The notes under the pieces are model-generated. The model was not told the origin of the DNA and did no database searches. It worked only from the letters and a program-made list of their open reading frames with translations. A stretch of DNA of 64,000 nt, from assembly GCF_030028105.1 (NCBI RefSeq), contig NC_092395.1, forward strand, positions 22,846,424 to 22,910,423, in the 5' to 3' direction. Position 1 is the first letter of the stretch. The number at the start of each line of letters is the position of its first letter. The stretch comes from Mobula birostris (taxonomy: Eukaryota). The position numbers and the translations under genes were made by a program. This document shows positions 13,606 through 28,000 of the stretch, piece by piece.

Positions 13606-13770
13606 TCAACAGGCTGAAGGTGCAAACTGTTTCTCTATATCTACTCTCAGCCCTTTGCTCAGAAGAAAAGCTTCTTGTTTAGGCTCACGGCCCAAAAAAC
13701 ATCTCAGCATGTCCTCAGCATCCATTGAACCACCCGGTTTAAGAATACAATTCCGATAATCTATTCCGAC
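13606..13770 (-). CDS. THOP1: THOP1 last coding exon (12 of 12)
   Basis: tgtag|GTC acceptor; [54 protein letters not shown] then TGA; 165 nt. Confidence 0.95.
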   Translation of the reverse strand, partial: VGIDYRNCILKPGGSMDAEDMLRCFLGREPKQEAFLLSKGLRVDIEKQFAPSAC

Positions 13771-14240
13771 CTACAAGAGAGAAGCATAAAGAGGTTAGGA
13801 GATTGTTTTATAACTGACAGCATATCAGGTCATTAAGTGTTGTTTTAGCATAAATTGAAAAAAATAGGAATGTTTACAACCAGAGCTTGCCTATAAAGTA
13901 AATGGTAGCTGTAAAGTGGGACATGTAACCAGAAAGACCTCCATATTATGCTCCTGACAATGAGCCAGATTTCAGTCTGCCAGCAAGCCCCCCTTTGAAC
14001 ATAGGGTAGCTGAGGCATATGGATTAACTTAATGGAAAGCTGGACAAATACATGGTGAAAGAGAAGTAGGAAATGTTGATGGGATCAAAGGAAGCAGCGT
14101 GCAAGGAGAGCAATTCATAGAACAAACACCAACTTAGACCTAGTTGTGTGAACAGTCCACTTTATGCTGTTGAAATATGCAAGTTGGAAAATGTTTTCTC
14201 ATATCGAAGTTCTTATAAACCCGAGATTATCTTCATCAGA

Positions 14241-14715
14241 TCATAAGACATAGAAGCAGAATTAGGCTGTTCGGTCCATCGAGTGTGCTCTGCCATTCTG
14301 TCATGGCTGATTTATTATCCCTCTCAACCCTATTCCCCTGCCTTCTCCCCATAACCTTTAAATCCCAGATTATTCAAGAATCTATCAACCTCTGCTTTAA
14401 ACATACCCAATGTCCCGGCCTCCACTGCCAGCTGCAGCAATGAACTCTACAGATTCACCACCCTCTGGCTAAAGAAACACCTCATCTCTGCTCTAAAGGG
14501 AAGCCCCTCTATTCTGAAGCTGTGCCCTCTGGCCCAAGACACCCTACTATAAGAAACATCCTCTCAACATCCACTCTATCTTGACCTTTCAATACTCCAT
14601 GAGGCATATCCCCTTTGCTCTTTTGAACTCCAGTGAGACAAGCTCAGAGCCATCATACACTCCGCATACATTCCCCGGATCGTTATCGCAAACCTCCTCT
14701 GGAACCCCTCTCCAA
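14241..14715 (-). mobile_element. CR1 3' fragment
   Basis: Reverse complement of the CR1 3' end seen at 22020-22525, with the CATAAGACATAG tail. Confidence 0.8.
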
Positions 14716-14721
14716 CGGTGG

Positions 14722-15550
14722 TCGTCAAGTTTATTTATATAGCACATTTAAAAACAACCCACATTGACCAAAGTGCCGTACAGATCAGAGCAGAATAGCT
14801 AAAATTACAAATATGAGAAACACAGACATAACCAACAAGGCGAACAGCTTATAGGCACAAAGGAAACAACACAAGGGCCTAAGCACAAGCCAAAAATCAG
14901 CCACATCAGGAGGATTCAAACACTAGTGAATAAAAGTAAGATTTGAGCTTGGATTTAAAAGAGTCGATGGAGGGAGCAGATCTGATAGGGAGGGAAATGC
15001 TGTTCCACAGTCTAGGGGCTACAATGGCAAAAGCATAGTCACTCCTGAGCTTGAGTTTAGATCTCAGGGCAGCCAGGAGCCCCAAGTCAGCCGACCTGAG
15101 GGGCCTGGAAGTAGAATAAGGGGTTAGAAGGTCTGTGATACAAGGGGGAGCCAGCCTATTTAGGGCTTTATAAACAAACAGGAGAATCTTAAAATCAATT
15201 CTAAACCATACTGGCAACCAGTGGGGGGAGGCCAGGACGGGAGTAATATGGTCCCTCTTCTGGGCACCTGTCAGGGGCCTAGCTGCCGCATTTTGGACCA
15301 GTTGCAGATGGGACAGGTACAACTGACTAATCCCAGTATACAGGGAATTGGAGTAGTCCAAGCGGGAGGATACAAGGGTATGGATGACTCTCTCGAGATC
15401 TTTGAAAGAGAGCAACTGCTTGATTTTGGCAATAGTACGAAGCTGGAAAAAAACTGGCTTTTACTACTGCATTAACTTGCCCATCTTTTCTTAGATAGAG
15501 GGTCCAAATTTCAAACTTCATTTGACATTCAGGCAAGATATATTTCAAAG
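14722..15550 (-). mobile_element. L2-clade LINE 3' fragment
   Basis: SRLDYSNSL...LQLVQNAAAR...DHITPVLAS.HWLPV.FRIDFKILL, the typical L2 ORF2 C-terminus; tail GTGCTATATAAATAAA. Confidence 0.9.
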
Positions 15551-16166
15551 GATGCCAAAACTAAGAAGGAGCAATTGCTACAGATAACTGCACCCAACAA
15601 CAGCAAGCTAGATAATGATTTAAGACCACAGCAACACAGAAAGGGCACTAGTTTTTAAGTATTCCAGAAGATATTCAAAAGTTCTGTAAATATTACAGTG
15701 AGGTTAAACAGAGACAAACAAGAAAGATATAAAATGAATGTGTGAAGAGAGAAATATCTAAGCTGGTGTGTCAGTGACAAGGATCATCAAGATGAAGTTT
15801 CCACAGATAGAGCAGAAAGATGGGGAGTTATTTCCTCACAAAAAGGTTTAAGGAGAATAAAATACTTTGACACAAAGTCTTTCTAAGACAATATTGGATA
15901 AATATTTTAAACAGAGGAAGTTACAGTTTTGGGAAGAGAAAATGTAGGACTATTGCATTTCTCTAGTAATGAGACAAAAATCTGTTGGGCTAAAATGGCC
16001 CTCCTAGATATAGACTCATTCTGCGACAATCCAGTCAAGGTTAGGGAAGGAAAATGCTTCTAGTGACCATCAAGTAACCTACTTTGTAAAGTGACTTAGG
16101 ACAGTCAGATTACATTTGAGATGTCAATACTCCCCCCTCCAAAAGAGAATTCTAACGAATCCGTAC

Positions 16167-16303
16167 TTTTGAGCTCATGATGCCTTCCTGTCGAAATCGG
16201 GTGTAGAACATATCCATTGAGTAGACCTCACTCCAGAGGTAACCGTAATACTGGGCATCGTATCCCCCAACTAGGTGTCCAAATGTGGCTGGCATATTAG
16301 TTT
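16167..16303 (-). CDS. THOP1: THOP1 coding exon 11
   Basis: ttttcag|AA ... AAA|gtacgg; [46 protein letters not shown]; 137 nt. Confidence 0.96.
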
Positions 16304-16658
16304 CTGAAAAGCAAGCATTATTTCTGCAAGTCAATATATTTTTACATGTTGTTTCTGCTTATTACATTTCTATAGGTGAGACCCAGTTAAATTTGTTAAG
16401 TTACCCCAGTTGCATGCAAATTTTTAACGATGAGCAGCACTATATATTAATAACAATGAGCAAGTGGCAACTAATATTTTAATCTTTTCAACTTAGCAGG
16501 ATCCTAGATAGGATGATGTCTAATGAGGATAATGTACAGTATCACAGACAATTCAGCAACTTGGATCCTTCACAGATGGCTATTCCACACTCAGGAACAT
16601 ATATTCATCATTTGTATCAGTGATAGAGAAAAAAAATGGTATTTTTCCTTTTAGCTAC

Positions 16659-16793
16659 CTGGTGATGCTGGAACACACAGTATCTCTTTACATAATCTGG
16701 CATACTCTTCCTTGGCATCAATTTCTGTATTCGAGCTTGTGTGCAGTGACTGATCAACTTTTGCCAAAATTATTTGTCTTAAGTTGAAGAGGC
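16659..16793 (-). CDS. THOP1: THOP1 coding exon 10 (not in the ORF track)
   Basis: acacag|GC ... CAG|gtagc; [45 protein letters not shown]; 135 nt. Confidence 0.95.
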
Positions 16794-17732
16794 CTGTGTA
16801 CAAATAAAAAGGGAAAGAAATTTGGTCACTGTCCTTTTTATTTTCCTTCCCAGGCTAAGCACTATTCTTTGAAGAGCAAGTAATGCCACAGATCCCAGAC
16901 TTTGAATGTTTTTTTTGGACATATTAATGAAAGGCAAGTACAAATTCTGCTGATATTTTCTACATGAATGCACGGAAAAGCAGCCAAATAAAGACTTTTC
17001 CACGGCATCAGAAATAAACTTAAAACGCTCAGGTGCCAACAGTTAAATCTAAAACAATGTAACATATAAAAATCTGCTGAGTTCCAGTATTTTGGTTTTG
17101 TTTTTGATAAAAGAGTTGTCATTTTACTGGGATGGGCACTCAAACTTGGACAATATCAGGGCCACAGATTTGTCAAATACCATAAGACATAGCAGCAGGA
17201 GCAGAATTAGGCCATTCAGCCCATCAAGTCTGCTCTGCCATTCCATCTTAGCTGATTTATTATCCCTCTCAACCCCAAATCATAACCTATTCAATATAGA
17301 TTTCAAACCTCGTCAAAGTTGGCACAACACTGGGCGAAGAATATACGCATCAAGTAGATTTCGCTCTAGAGTAAATTGCAATTCCAGGAACTGTATTCCC
17401 CCCCCGCCCAGTTGGGTGGTTTTTGGCAGATCGTCCCTAGGAAGATTCCAAATTAGCAAGCACTCTGACAGTCGAAAGATGATTAAAATTTTATTTTTTT
17501 TTTTTTAAATTTCCCTTGCACCACACCACAGGGCTTTTCGTCCCCTTAGGAACAGTGAGGGTATATAGACTTCCTAGAATCCACAAAAATGTTATATTTT
17601 GGTGATGAGAGCATTTACTTTTTGAACACTGATACTATTTTGCAGTCATATACAGGAGCATACCTACAAATATTTGCTATTTCATTAATCCAAAGGCACC
17701 ATTCTATCATTTGAGCCTAGTCATTAAATGAA

Positions 17733-17998
17733 CACCACGCTAGCATAGCAGTTAACACATTATTACTACAGCTTGGGGCATTAGAGTTGAGAGTTCAATT
17801 CCGATGTCATCTATCAGGAGTCTGTCATCCTCCCCGAAGAATGCCTGGGTTTTCTCGAGGTACTCCAGTTTCCTCCCACAGTCCAAAGACATACCAGTTA
17901 CTAATTTAGAATTGATCATTCTAAATTACCCCATGACTAGACAAGGGTTAAGCAGGAGTTGCTGGGCAGTACAGCTTGAAGGGCCTATACTGTGCTGA
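17733..17998 (+). mobile_element. tRNA-derived V-SINE (HE1-like)
   Basis: A/B-box-like head (TAGCATAGCAG; GTTCAATTCC), V-domain GTACTCCAGTTTCCTCCCACAGTCCAAAGAC, CR1-like tail GAAGGGCCT..TGTGCTG. Confidence 0.75.
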
Positions 17999-18104
17999 AT
18001 AATTAATAATAAATTGGAAGAACAAACCCATGTGAGCTCTTAACTATTGCTCTTTTTTTAATTTAATGCATTACACAGGTGTGAAACAAGGGATCAATAC
18101 CTAC

Positions 18105-18291
18105 CAGCGTTAGCTAGTCTGGATTTAATGAGCTTGTCCAGAAGAGCTTGTGGGATTATACTCCCATCCTTGTAGTGCCTAGACATCCGGAGTAAGGGCT
18201 CCTTTTCCCAAACCCAGTTCTCCAACATCTGAGAGGGAGCCTCCACAAAATCTCGCTCAACATGTGTTCCACTGAACATGGCAAATTCAGC
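18105..18291 (-). CDS. THOP1: THOP1 coding exon 9
   Basis: aacag|GCT ... CTG|gtagg; [29 protein letters not shown]..., containing the third zinc ligand Glu; 187 nt. Confidence 0.97.
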
Positions 18292-19084
18292 CTGTTATAT
18301 GATCACATGATGAAATTTAGGATTAGAACAGTTAACATAACTACTTATTCCCGCTCCACAGTGCTGATTAATAAAGAGTTTTACATTTATCATTTATTGC
18401 CTGCAACTTCATAAAAATTGGTGAACTTCTCCAGTCCACAAGAATCAGCAGGGTATTTTTCTAGTGAAGAACATTATGACCCTGTAGCTTACAGGATGGG
18501 CCATTTGAATGCAATCAGGTGGGGTGGATTTCCTTCCCTCCAGCTAACACACACACACACACCATTTAAGGTGCTTTTTCTGTTAAACTGGATGAAAGCA
18601 GGTAACACCTTATCAAGCCAAACAACCTGTGGCTCAGCTCCAGTAATGCAAGGGAGTTACCACATGAGCAGTCAGAAACAAAGTTTTTAGAAGATGAGAA
18701 ACAGCTGACAAGCTGGAGTACTGGTGCACCATTTATGCTAACTTTAAGTATAAAAGTACTACTCTGCAGAAACAAGAGCTGCAGAGGAATCACCTTTAAA
18801 GCCATCATCGGCAATGACAACATTATGAAATGGACCACATAAGGTTTTAAAGGAAACCTTCCTCCTGCTAGTTTGATTGGACAGTTTTCAGTCTCCATTT
18901 TCTCTTTATACATACTATGAGTGGTAATGAGCACCACCAATCAAATGCATGGGTTGGAAAGAAACTTCCTTCTCCCCAATAATCAAAAACTAAAATAGAA
19001 CATTGAGATTTACAGTACGAGACTTCTATGTGTATTTCGTCTGAAGTTGTGAAAAAGAAAATATAATAGCAACTTTGATATTGG

Positions 19085-20581
19085 CAACAACAACGAGGGC
19101 CCAGCAATACTGAAAGAAGAAGTGGAACATGCTATGAAGAAACTGAAAGGGGAAATCATCAGGACCAGATAACATTCTGGTCGAACTGTATGAAGTGCTA
19201 GAAGATTTTGGTGGAAAGAAATTAACAATCTTATTGAAATCTTTTAAAGACAGTATTCATTGCACTGGCAAAGAAACCAGGTGCAACAGTGTGGACAACA
19301 CAGAACAATTAGTTTAATGAGCCACCTCACAAAAATTCTACCTAGAATCATCATGCTCAGAATAAGAAACAAAATTAAACCAGAGATCAGTGAAGAACAG
19401 TGAGGCTTTGTCGAAGGCAAGGGAACAGCAAACGTTACTTATATTCTCAGGAATATTATCGAAAGGTCAATAGAAGTACAACAAGACCTGAACTTCTGTT
19501 TCATTGACTACACAAAAGCCTTTGACACAGTGAAACACCAAGTCATCATGAAGATGCTTAGAGATATTAATATCGACGGAAAAGATCTAAGAATAATCAG
19601 GAATCTCTACTGGCAACAAAGTGCAGTCATACAAATAGACGACGAGATTGGTGAATATCAGCCAATAAAGCGAGGAGTCAGACAGGGTTGTGTTCTATCA
19701 CCAGACCTGTTCTCCCTGTACAGTGAAAACATCATGAGAACCATACAAGACCTATCTGGAATAAGTATAGGAGGATACAATATCAAAAATCTCCGCTATG
19801 CGGATGATACAGTACTGAAAGCAAACAGTGAAGTAAATTTACAGAAACTAGTATCTACCATCAACACAGAGAGCGAAAGATTTAGCCTAACCTTAAAACA
19901 AAAAGAAAACTGAAGAAATGGTAATATCAAAGAAACCTGATATCCCAAACTGTAGAATCGTATTGGGAAATGAAATCCTGAAACAAGTTCACAACTTTAA
20001 GTACCTTGGACCATGGGTAACATCTGATGGTAAATGTGAAACAGACATAAAAGCAAGAATAGCAATGGCAAGAACAGCATTTACAGAAATGAGAAACATC
20101 CTAACGAACAAGAAAATAGCAAATGACATCCGCCTTAGAGCTCTCAGCTGCTACATTCTTCCTATATTGATGTATGGCTGCGAGTCATGGACCATCACAA
20201 TGCAATGGAAAAAAGAATCAATGCAGCAGAGATGTGGTTCCTCAGAAGAATGCTATGCATATCATATACGGACAGGATAACCAACGAAGAAGTTCTACAG
20301 AGAACGAAAACAAAACGTACAGTACTTAAAAAAAAATAATCAGAAAACAGCAATCAAAATTCTTTGGACACATCATGCGAAGAGACATTAGAACATTTAG
20401 TTACATCTGGAAAGCTGGAAGGAAGAAGCAGAGGCAGACAGAGAATGAAAATGATAGATGGAATAACATCATGGTTAGAAACCAGGGAGGCAACAACTAA
20501 AATTCCGAGGGTCAGGGACCATGATGGATGGAGAGACATGATCACCCACGCCAAACGGCAAGGTACCTGAATGATGATGAA
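19085..20581 (+). mobile_element. RTE-clade LINE, 5'-truncated
   Basis: FIDYTKAFD, RGVRQGCVLSPDLFSLYSE, LRYADD, FKYLG, YGCESWT, GRSRGRQR motifs; (TGA)n tail. Confidence 0.9.
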
Positions 20582-21964
20582 TAGCAAAGAGGTTAAAGTA
20601 TTGTATTAGCAATTTAGTAAGGCAATAGTGATGGTCTAGATTCACAAATACAAATTCCACCTCAGAAAGAGGGGAATTTAAATTGTTAATTAAATAAATT
20701 ATATTTATTTTCTCCTACACTGCTTTTGACTTTATAAATCTAACTAGCTCTAGACTTTTAAGAAAGAAAAATCTACTGTCCATACCTTAGTCACAATACA
20801 ACTGCAGATATTATTGCAATTAACTTTTAACTGCTCTCTGAAATAGCCCAGCTGTCACTCAGTTCAGTTTCAAGAGTGAGCATTAATGCTGATCTTGCCA
20901 GCAAATGTCCACATCTTTACATTTGACAGAGATGATGAGACAAGTGGGGGATGGAAAATCAGGTACAAGTAATGCCAGTTGTTCATATTTTGCTCTGACT
21001 CCTAGCAAACAAGGTATGGGAATAATGATAGTATAATGCTAAAGCAAAACACTGACTACTTGTAAATTCAAATCTAAATTTTAAAAAAAATTCAGAAAAT
21101 GCTATAAGTTACCAGGTCAGGTAACAACTATGGTGAGAGAAAGTGAATACACTTTTCAGGTTGAAGACCTCTTGTTAGAATTGGTAGCATCCAAATTCAT
21201 AGTACAGAGATTATGTTATTTATCTAATTGTCACAAATCAAGAAAATATATCCAAAAACTTGAACTCACATTCCACTATGGCATCTGAGGAGTTCGAGAT
21301 CATGCTTATTGACTGCAATACAACAGATAGATTTTCTAATGGAATATATTACAGAGAAGTGTAACGCAGATATCGGTCCACATGAAGTGCCTTGACACAA
21401 AGTGACAACTGCCCATTTCTTGCCGAACCCAGGTTCTTCCAGCAGTCTGTTTTGTGCTGCAGCTTCCAGCATCTGCAGTCTCGCATGCCTCAAGTATGCA
21501 TCTTTGGAGTGCAGGAGGGTCAATGTAGACTTTGAAGGAAAGAGCATGAAGAAAAAGACAGACCCAAAGTTTTTTTGATGATGCCAGGACATACTGAGAA
21601 ACTAGTTAGCTTAGAAAATGGGACCAATAGTCCAGTTGCACCCTCAATGCAGTTTTACGAAGGATAACTTCCTTTCATTTTTACTGATGAATGATTCTAG
21701 TTATGAAGCATCAGATACTGTAGCTAAGTGCACAGTATCAGGTGCTTCATGGCTGGAATCATTCAGCAGAAATTAAAGGAAGCTTTTCTATGTAAAACTC
21801 CATTTAGGGTGCAACTGCACTACAAGTTCCATTTTGGTCTCCAAACTTTAAAAAAGATACGAAGGACTCAAGGAAGAAGTAGAGATGAAAAACTCCAGAG
21901 ATGGGGAATTTTAATGACAGGTCCTGCTGAGAGAAGCTAGAGTTGTTCTCCTTTAAGCAAAACT

Positions 21965-22525
21965 GGTAGCAGGTAGTGTACTGCTGCACTTGGAGTACTG
22001 TCAACTGTTTGGGCCCCACATCTCAGAAAGGATGTGTTGTCATTGGAGAGAGTCCAGAGGAGATTCACGAGGATGATTCGGAGAATGAAGGGGTTAAGAT
22101 ATGAGGAGCATTTTGCATTGGAATTTGTAAGAATGTGGGGGAAATCTCATTGAAACCTACCGAATGTTGAAAGGACTAGATAGGGAGGATGTGGAGAGAA
22201 TGTATTCTGTGATGGGGGTATCCGGAACTAGAGGGCACAGCCTCAAAATTGAGGGGCAACCCTTTAGAACAGTGGCAAGGACATTTATTTTTAGCCAGAG
22301 AGTAGTAAATCTGTGGAATGCTCTGCCACAGACTGTGGTGTAGACCAAGCCCATACATATATGCAAGGTGGAAGTTGATTGTTTCCTGATCAGTCAGGGC
22401 CTCAAAGGATATGATGAAAAGGCAGGTATATGGGGTTGAGTGGGATCTGGGATCAGCCACTATGGAATGGCGGAGCAGACTTGATGGGCTGAATGGCCTA
22501 ATTCTGTTCCTATGTCTTATGGTCT
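21965..22525 (+). mobile_element. CR1 3' fragment
   Basis: HLEYC..., LERVQRRFTRMI, RGHSLK and CR1 3' UTR ending CCTATGTCTTATGG. Confidence 0.85.
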
Positions 22526-23220
22526 CACTGGTTTATGACAGATTTAAATAAAGCAGACATAAGATGTTCTATTAGTTAAGGCTACAATTATAAGGGGAAG
22601 GATTTGGGCAAGGCAGTTCAGGGCAAACGGGGGGAACCCCCCACCCTCCACCCACAAAAAATAGTAATCATCTGGAACTTGTTGCCTGGAAGGTGATGGG
22701 TACAAAGGGAAACAGTGAATTCAAAAGTAAATTGGATAGACACTACAAAGGAATAAACTTGCAGAGGCAAATGGATAGAGTGGGGGAAAATAGGACTAAC
22801 TATATTGCTCTCTAGAGAGCCAGACTAAATTTGAGGTTTTTTTTTGTCAAAGTCGCGCTTACATATGAAAGCCAAAGAACATTAAGAAAATACCCATCTT
22901 AAGATCTACCCATCTAGAATTAGCTGGCCTTGTCTGTAGCTCACATTTAAAGCACAGGAGACAGATCATTTCTACGTTCAGTAATTAGTAACAGTTATGA
23001 AATCAAAGTGCAACACCATATAAAAGTGTTCACATTCCATTTGAAATCCACTGGCTTTAATCGGGGACCACACGTATGGCCACAGATTACAAGCAGGTTC
23101 AGGCAATATTATCCAATAATCAAATAAACAGTCTAGCCCCACACATGAAGCCTGGCAAATTGGTTTAGAAAGTGGAGAGCCACTATTACTACAGCAACAG
23201 GCCACTGATGGAAATCTCAC

Positions 23221-23422
23221 CTGGGAGCAGATTTGATGCATCACATGACCAAACTCATGGAAGTAGGTTTCAACCTCATCGTGCTGAAGTAAAGATGGAG
23301 CACTAGGAGTTGGCTTAGTGAAGTTTGCAACCATAGCAGCCACTGTGATTTGCCTTGTATTATCTGGTAATAAGCAGCCTGGCTGAAGTCCAAAACAGGC
23401 AGCATGTCCATATTTCCCTTCC
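23221..23422 (-). CDS. THOP1: THOP1 coding exon 8 (HEXXH catalytic motif)
   Basis: acag|G ... CAG|gtgag; [17 protein letters not shown]...[17 protein letters not shown]; 202 nt. Confidence 0.97.
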
Positions 23423-24043
23423 CTGTAAAAACATACATTGTTAACTTAACACAAATATCTCCCAACAGTTATTGTCACCACTTATAATTAAATACAATTG
23501 CTAGCAGAATACCTGTAATCATTTCCACAATTGACTTGAACAAAAAATATGTCCAAGGTAAACACTGAATTTATAATTATTCAAATTTTGAACACTTCTT
23601 TTCAAGCCTTTTCCTTTTTTTTTTTAAGGATATGGAGCAGTTCTCTTACTATTCATCCATGATGATCCCCATCTCTATTCTTTGCTGTCTGATTTGCTGA
23701 TACAATTCCAGTTATTAATGTTCTGCACTTTTAGTTCTTCCACTTCAAAACTACATGCTGTATGTCACATTCTTCATTCTCTATGGCTCCATTCCGATTA
23801 TATCTAAATTTATCCTATTTCTTACTGCTTCATTTAGAACCAGGTCCTCTACGACTAATCTTTATGAAAATATAACAAAACCCAAACCTGCAACCTTCAC
23901 TTAGCACAGACCACAACCTTCAATCTTTCTGGTCTTCTTGATCTGTTGCAAACTGGGCAAAGGCACCTAGCTAAGTTTATGACAATAACATCTGAATTTG
24001 GTTCAGATTTTCTATATTCTGAATGAACATACTTGTAAATTAC

Positions 24044-24410
24044 CTTGGATACAAATCTAGGTAGAATTGTCCCAACAGCTCTCCAGATGCTGTGTCTTTC
24101 ACAGAGTACAATTTAACATCCTCATGCCATACAGGTTCATTCTCAACAAGCTCGAAGGTCAATCCGAGCAGTTCCTGATAGATACTCATCAGGCCAGTTG
24201 TTACCACTTCCATTGGAAAATACTCCTTCAGCAGGTTCTGGTCCACACAATACTTCACCTCCTCCACCTGGTTCATGTAGTACCGTAGATCCCAGGCATT
24301 TATAATACCATCAAAATCTAGCTGTCGCTTTGCACATTCTTCCTTCTTCAGGTCCAAGATAACTGCCCTTTCCTCTTCAGCAAGTGGTTTTAGTTTCCTT
24401 GCAAGTTCAT
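24044..24410 (-). CDS. THOP1: THOP1 coding exon 7
   Basis: tttcag|AT ... AAG|gtaat; [23 protein letters not shown]...FYLDLYPR; 367 nt. Confidence 0.97.
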
Positions 24411-25029
24411 CTGAAACACAATGAAAAGGTGTACATGTATTGAAGCCAGATGAACAAAAATGGTCTCTTCATGAAAACACAAGATTCATTTCTACTTTCT
24501 TGGTGAACAGCATTTGTAAACAATAAAAGCTGCCATTCCACCTACACACAACACCAAATCCATTAATACAAATGACACTGAATTGCCTCCTCAGTTCAAA
24601 CTATTAGAGGTGAAAAATAAATGCTAGTCTTATCAGGGGCAACCATACCCCATGAAGAGATAAAATCTCAGATTCATTGGTTGGTGTCAGTATAGACAGA
24701 ATAACAGTGATTCAGAAGGTCTCTCTGGTGAGCAAAAAATTAGAAGAAAAACAAATTGAAAATTTCAAGCACTTTATTAAAGGATTAGAGTTTGCATCTA
24801 ATCCTTCAGGGATCAATTTAGCCAGTTAACAATTGTCACAACCAAAATGGCAGTAGATAGGAATGGGATAGTAGCAAATTCTCATGGCCTCCATAGTGCC
24901 TCTGAACCATTCCTTCAAAATAGCAGTCAAGGTTTTAGGAAGATCATTCCATTTCAGAATCTATACTTCGAACAATGCTGTCTGCAAGTGGCAAGGGTTC
25001 TTAACTACAACACTAAGTCACATTGTTTT

Positions 25030-28000
25030 TCACAAGATCACAAGACAAAGGAGCAGAAGTAGGCCATTCGGCCCATCGAGTCTGCTCCGCAGCTCCCCCA
25101 TGAGCTAAACTATTCACCCATCTAGTTCCAATTTCCGGCTTTTTCCCCATATCCCTTGATACCCTGACTAATTAGATACCTGTCAATCTCCTCCTCAAAC
25201 ACCCTCAATGATCGGGCCTCCACAGCCATATGTGGCAACGAATTCCACAAATCCACGACCCTCTGGCTAAAAAAATTTCTCCTCATCTCTGTTTTAACTG
25301 GGTACCCTCTAATTCTAAGACTATGGCCTCTTGTCCTGGACCCCCCACCAAGGGAAACAACCTTTCCACTTCTACTCTGTCCAACCCTTTCAACACTCGA
25401 AACGTTTCTATGAGATCCCCTCTCATTCTTCTATACTCTAATGAATACAATCCAAGAGCCGACAGACGCTCCTCATATGTTAGCCCCTGCATTCCAGGAA
25501 TCATCCTCGTAAATCTTCTCTGAACTCTCTCCAACATCAGTATATCCTTGCTAAGATAGGGGGCCCAAAACTGCACACAGTATTCCAAATGAGGTCTCAC
25601 TAATGCCCCATAGAGCCTCATCAACACCTCCTTACTCTTATACACTATTCCTCTTGAAATGAATGCCAACATAGCATTCGCTTTCCTTACCGCCAATCCA
25701 ACTTGGTGGTTAATCTTTAGGGTATCCTGCACGAGGACCCCCAAGTCCCTTTGCACTTCCGACTTTTGAATTTTCTCCCCATCTAAATAATAATCTACCC
25801 GATTATTTCTTCTTCCGAAATGTACAACCGTACATTTGTCAACGTTGTATCTCATCTGCCATTTCTTTGCCCACTCTCCTAAACTGACTAAGTCTCTCTG
25901 CAACCTTTCCGTTTCTTCAACATTTCCTGTTTCTCCACCTATCTTAGTGTCATCCTCAAACTTGGCCACAAAACCATTTAATCCATAATCCAAATCATCG
26001 ATATACATCGTAAAAAGAAGCAGCCCCAACACCAACCCCTGCGGAACACCACTAGTAACCGGCAACCAATCGGAATAGGATCCCTGTATTCCCACCCTTT
26101 GCTTTCTGCCTATCAGCCAATGCTCCACCCATTTCAACATCTTTCCTATAATTCCATGAGCTCTCATCATATTAAGCAGCCTCATATGCGGCACCTTATC
26201 GAAGGCCTTTTGAAAATCCAAATACACAACATCCACAGCCTCTCCCTTGTCAATCTTATTCGAGATTACCTCAAAAAATTCCAGTAAGTTGGTAAGGCAG
26301 GATCTTCCCTTCATGAAACCACGCTGGCTTCGGCCTATCTTGTCATGCACCTCGAGGTATTTCATAACCTCGTCCTTGAGGATTGACTCCAATATCTTTC
26401 CAACCACCGATGTCAGACTAATAGGTCTATAATTTTCTTTTTGCTGCCTCCTTCCTTTCTTAAATAGCGGAACTACATTTGCGACCTTCCAGTCCTCTGG
26501 AACCATGCCAGAGTCTATTGATTCCTGTAAGATCATTTCCAATGCTTCCACAATCTCCAAAGCCACCTCCTTCAGAACCCTTGGGTGCACCTCATCTGGG
26601 CCGGGAGACTTATCTATTCTTAATCCACTTAGCTTCCCAAGCACTTTCTCTCTAGTTATCTTGACTGTACCTAATTCTATTCCGATACCTCTGGCTATCA
26701 GGTATATTGCTCATGTCCTCCACTGTGAAGACTAATGCAAAATACTCATCCAGTTCCTCCGCCATCTCTTTGTTATCCATTATAATTTCTCCAGCATCAT
26801 TTTCAATCGGTCCCGTACCTACCCTTGTCACTCTTTTACTCTTCATATATTTAAAAAAACTCTTAGTATCCTTTTTTATGTTAATCGCCAACTTCCTTTC
26901 ATAATTCATCTTTTCTTTCCTAATGACTTTTAGTTTCTTTCTGTAAATTTTTAAAGGTCTTCCAGTCCTCATTTTTCCCACTAATTTTTGCTTCCTTGTA
27001 CGCCATTTCTTTTGCTTTTATTTTTGCCTTAACCTCTCTCGTTAGCCACATTTGTGCCATTTTTCCATTCATGATTTTCTTTTTTCTTGGAATATATTTT
27101 TCCTGCATTTTTCTTATTTCTTGTAGGAATTTCATCCAATTCTGCTCTGCCGTCCCTCCATTTAGTTTACTTTTCCAGTTGACTTGGGCCAGTTCCTCTC
27201 TCATACCACTGTAATTTCTCCTGTTCCACTGAAATATCGATACACCTGATACCAGCTTCTCCTTTTCAAATTTGAAACTGAACTCAATCATATTATGATC
27301 ACTACTTCCAAGAGGTTCCTTTACCTCCAGCTCCCTAATTGCCTCAGGTTCGTTACACAGCATCCAATCCAAAACAGCCGGTCCCCTGGTGGGCTTCTGG
27401 ACAAGTTGCTCCAAAAAGCCATCCTGTAGGCATTCTACAAACTCCCTCTCCTGAGATCCATTACCTTCCCGACTTTCCCAATCCACTTTCATATTAAAAT
27501 CCCCCACAATTATCATGACATTGTCCTTCTGACACGCTTTTTCTATTTCCAGCTGCAACTTGTAGTCCACATCCCGACTGTTGTTTGGAGGCCTGTATAT
27601 AACTGCTATTAGTGTCTTTTTACCCTTGCCATTTCTTAATTCTACCCATAAGGATTCTACCTCTTCTGATCCTATGTCCCTTCTTTCTATTGATTTGATA
27701 TTGTTACTTACCATCAGGGCCATGCTAGCCCCTTTACCTACCTTCCTGTACACTGTGTATCCTGGGATATTCAGCTCCCAATCACATCCATCATTTAGCC
27801 ATGACTCGGTGATGGCCACAATGTCATACCTTTTAACCTGCAGCTGTGCAGCAAGGTCATCCACTTTATTTCTAATGCTGCGTGCATTTAAGCACAGTAC
27901 ATTTAGATTGGTACCTGTTGCCACTTGTGCTATAATTCTATTTTGTAGCAAATTATCCTGTACATTCACTGGCCTGTCCTTCTTACCATCTTTATAAAAC

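Noticed and set aside
22978-23220. ORF-track extensions beyond THOP1 exons (also 30040-30168, 41459-41683, 48864-49005)
   Set aside because: Read-through into introns; homology ends exactly at GT/AG sites.
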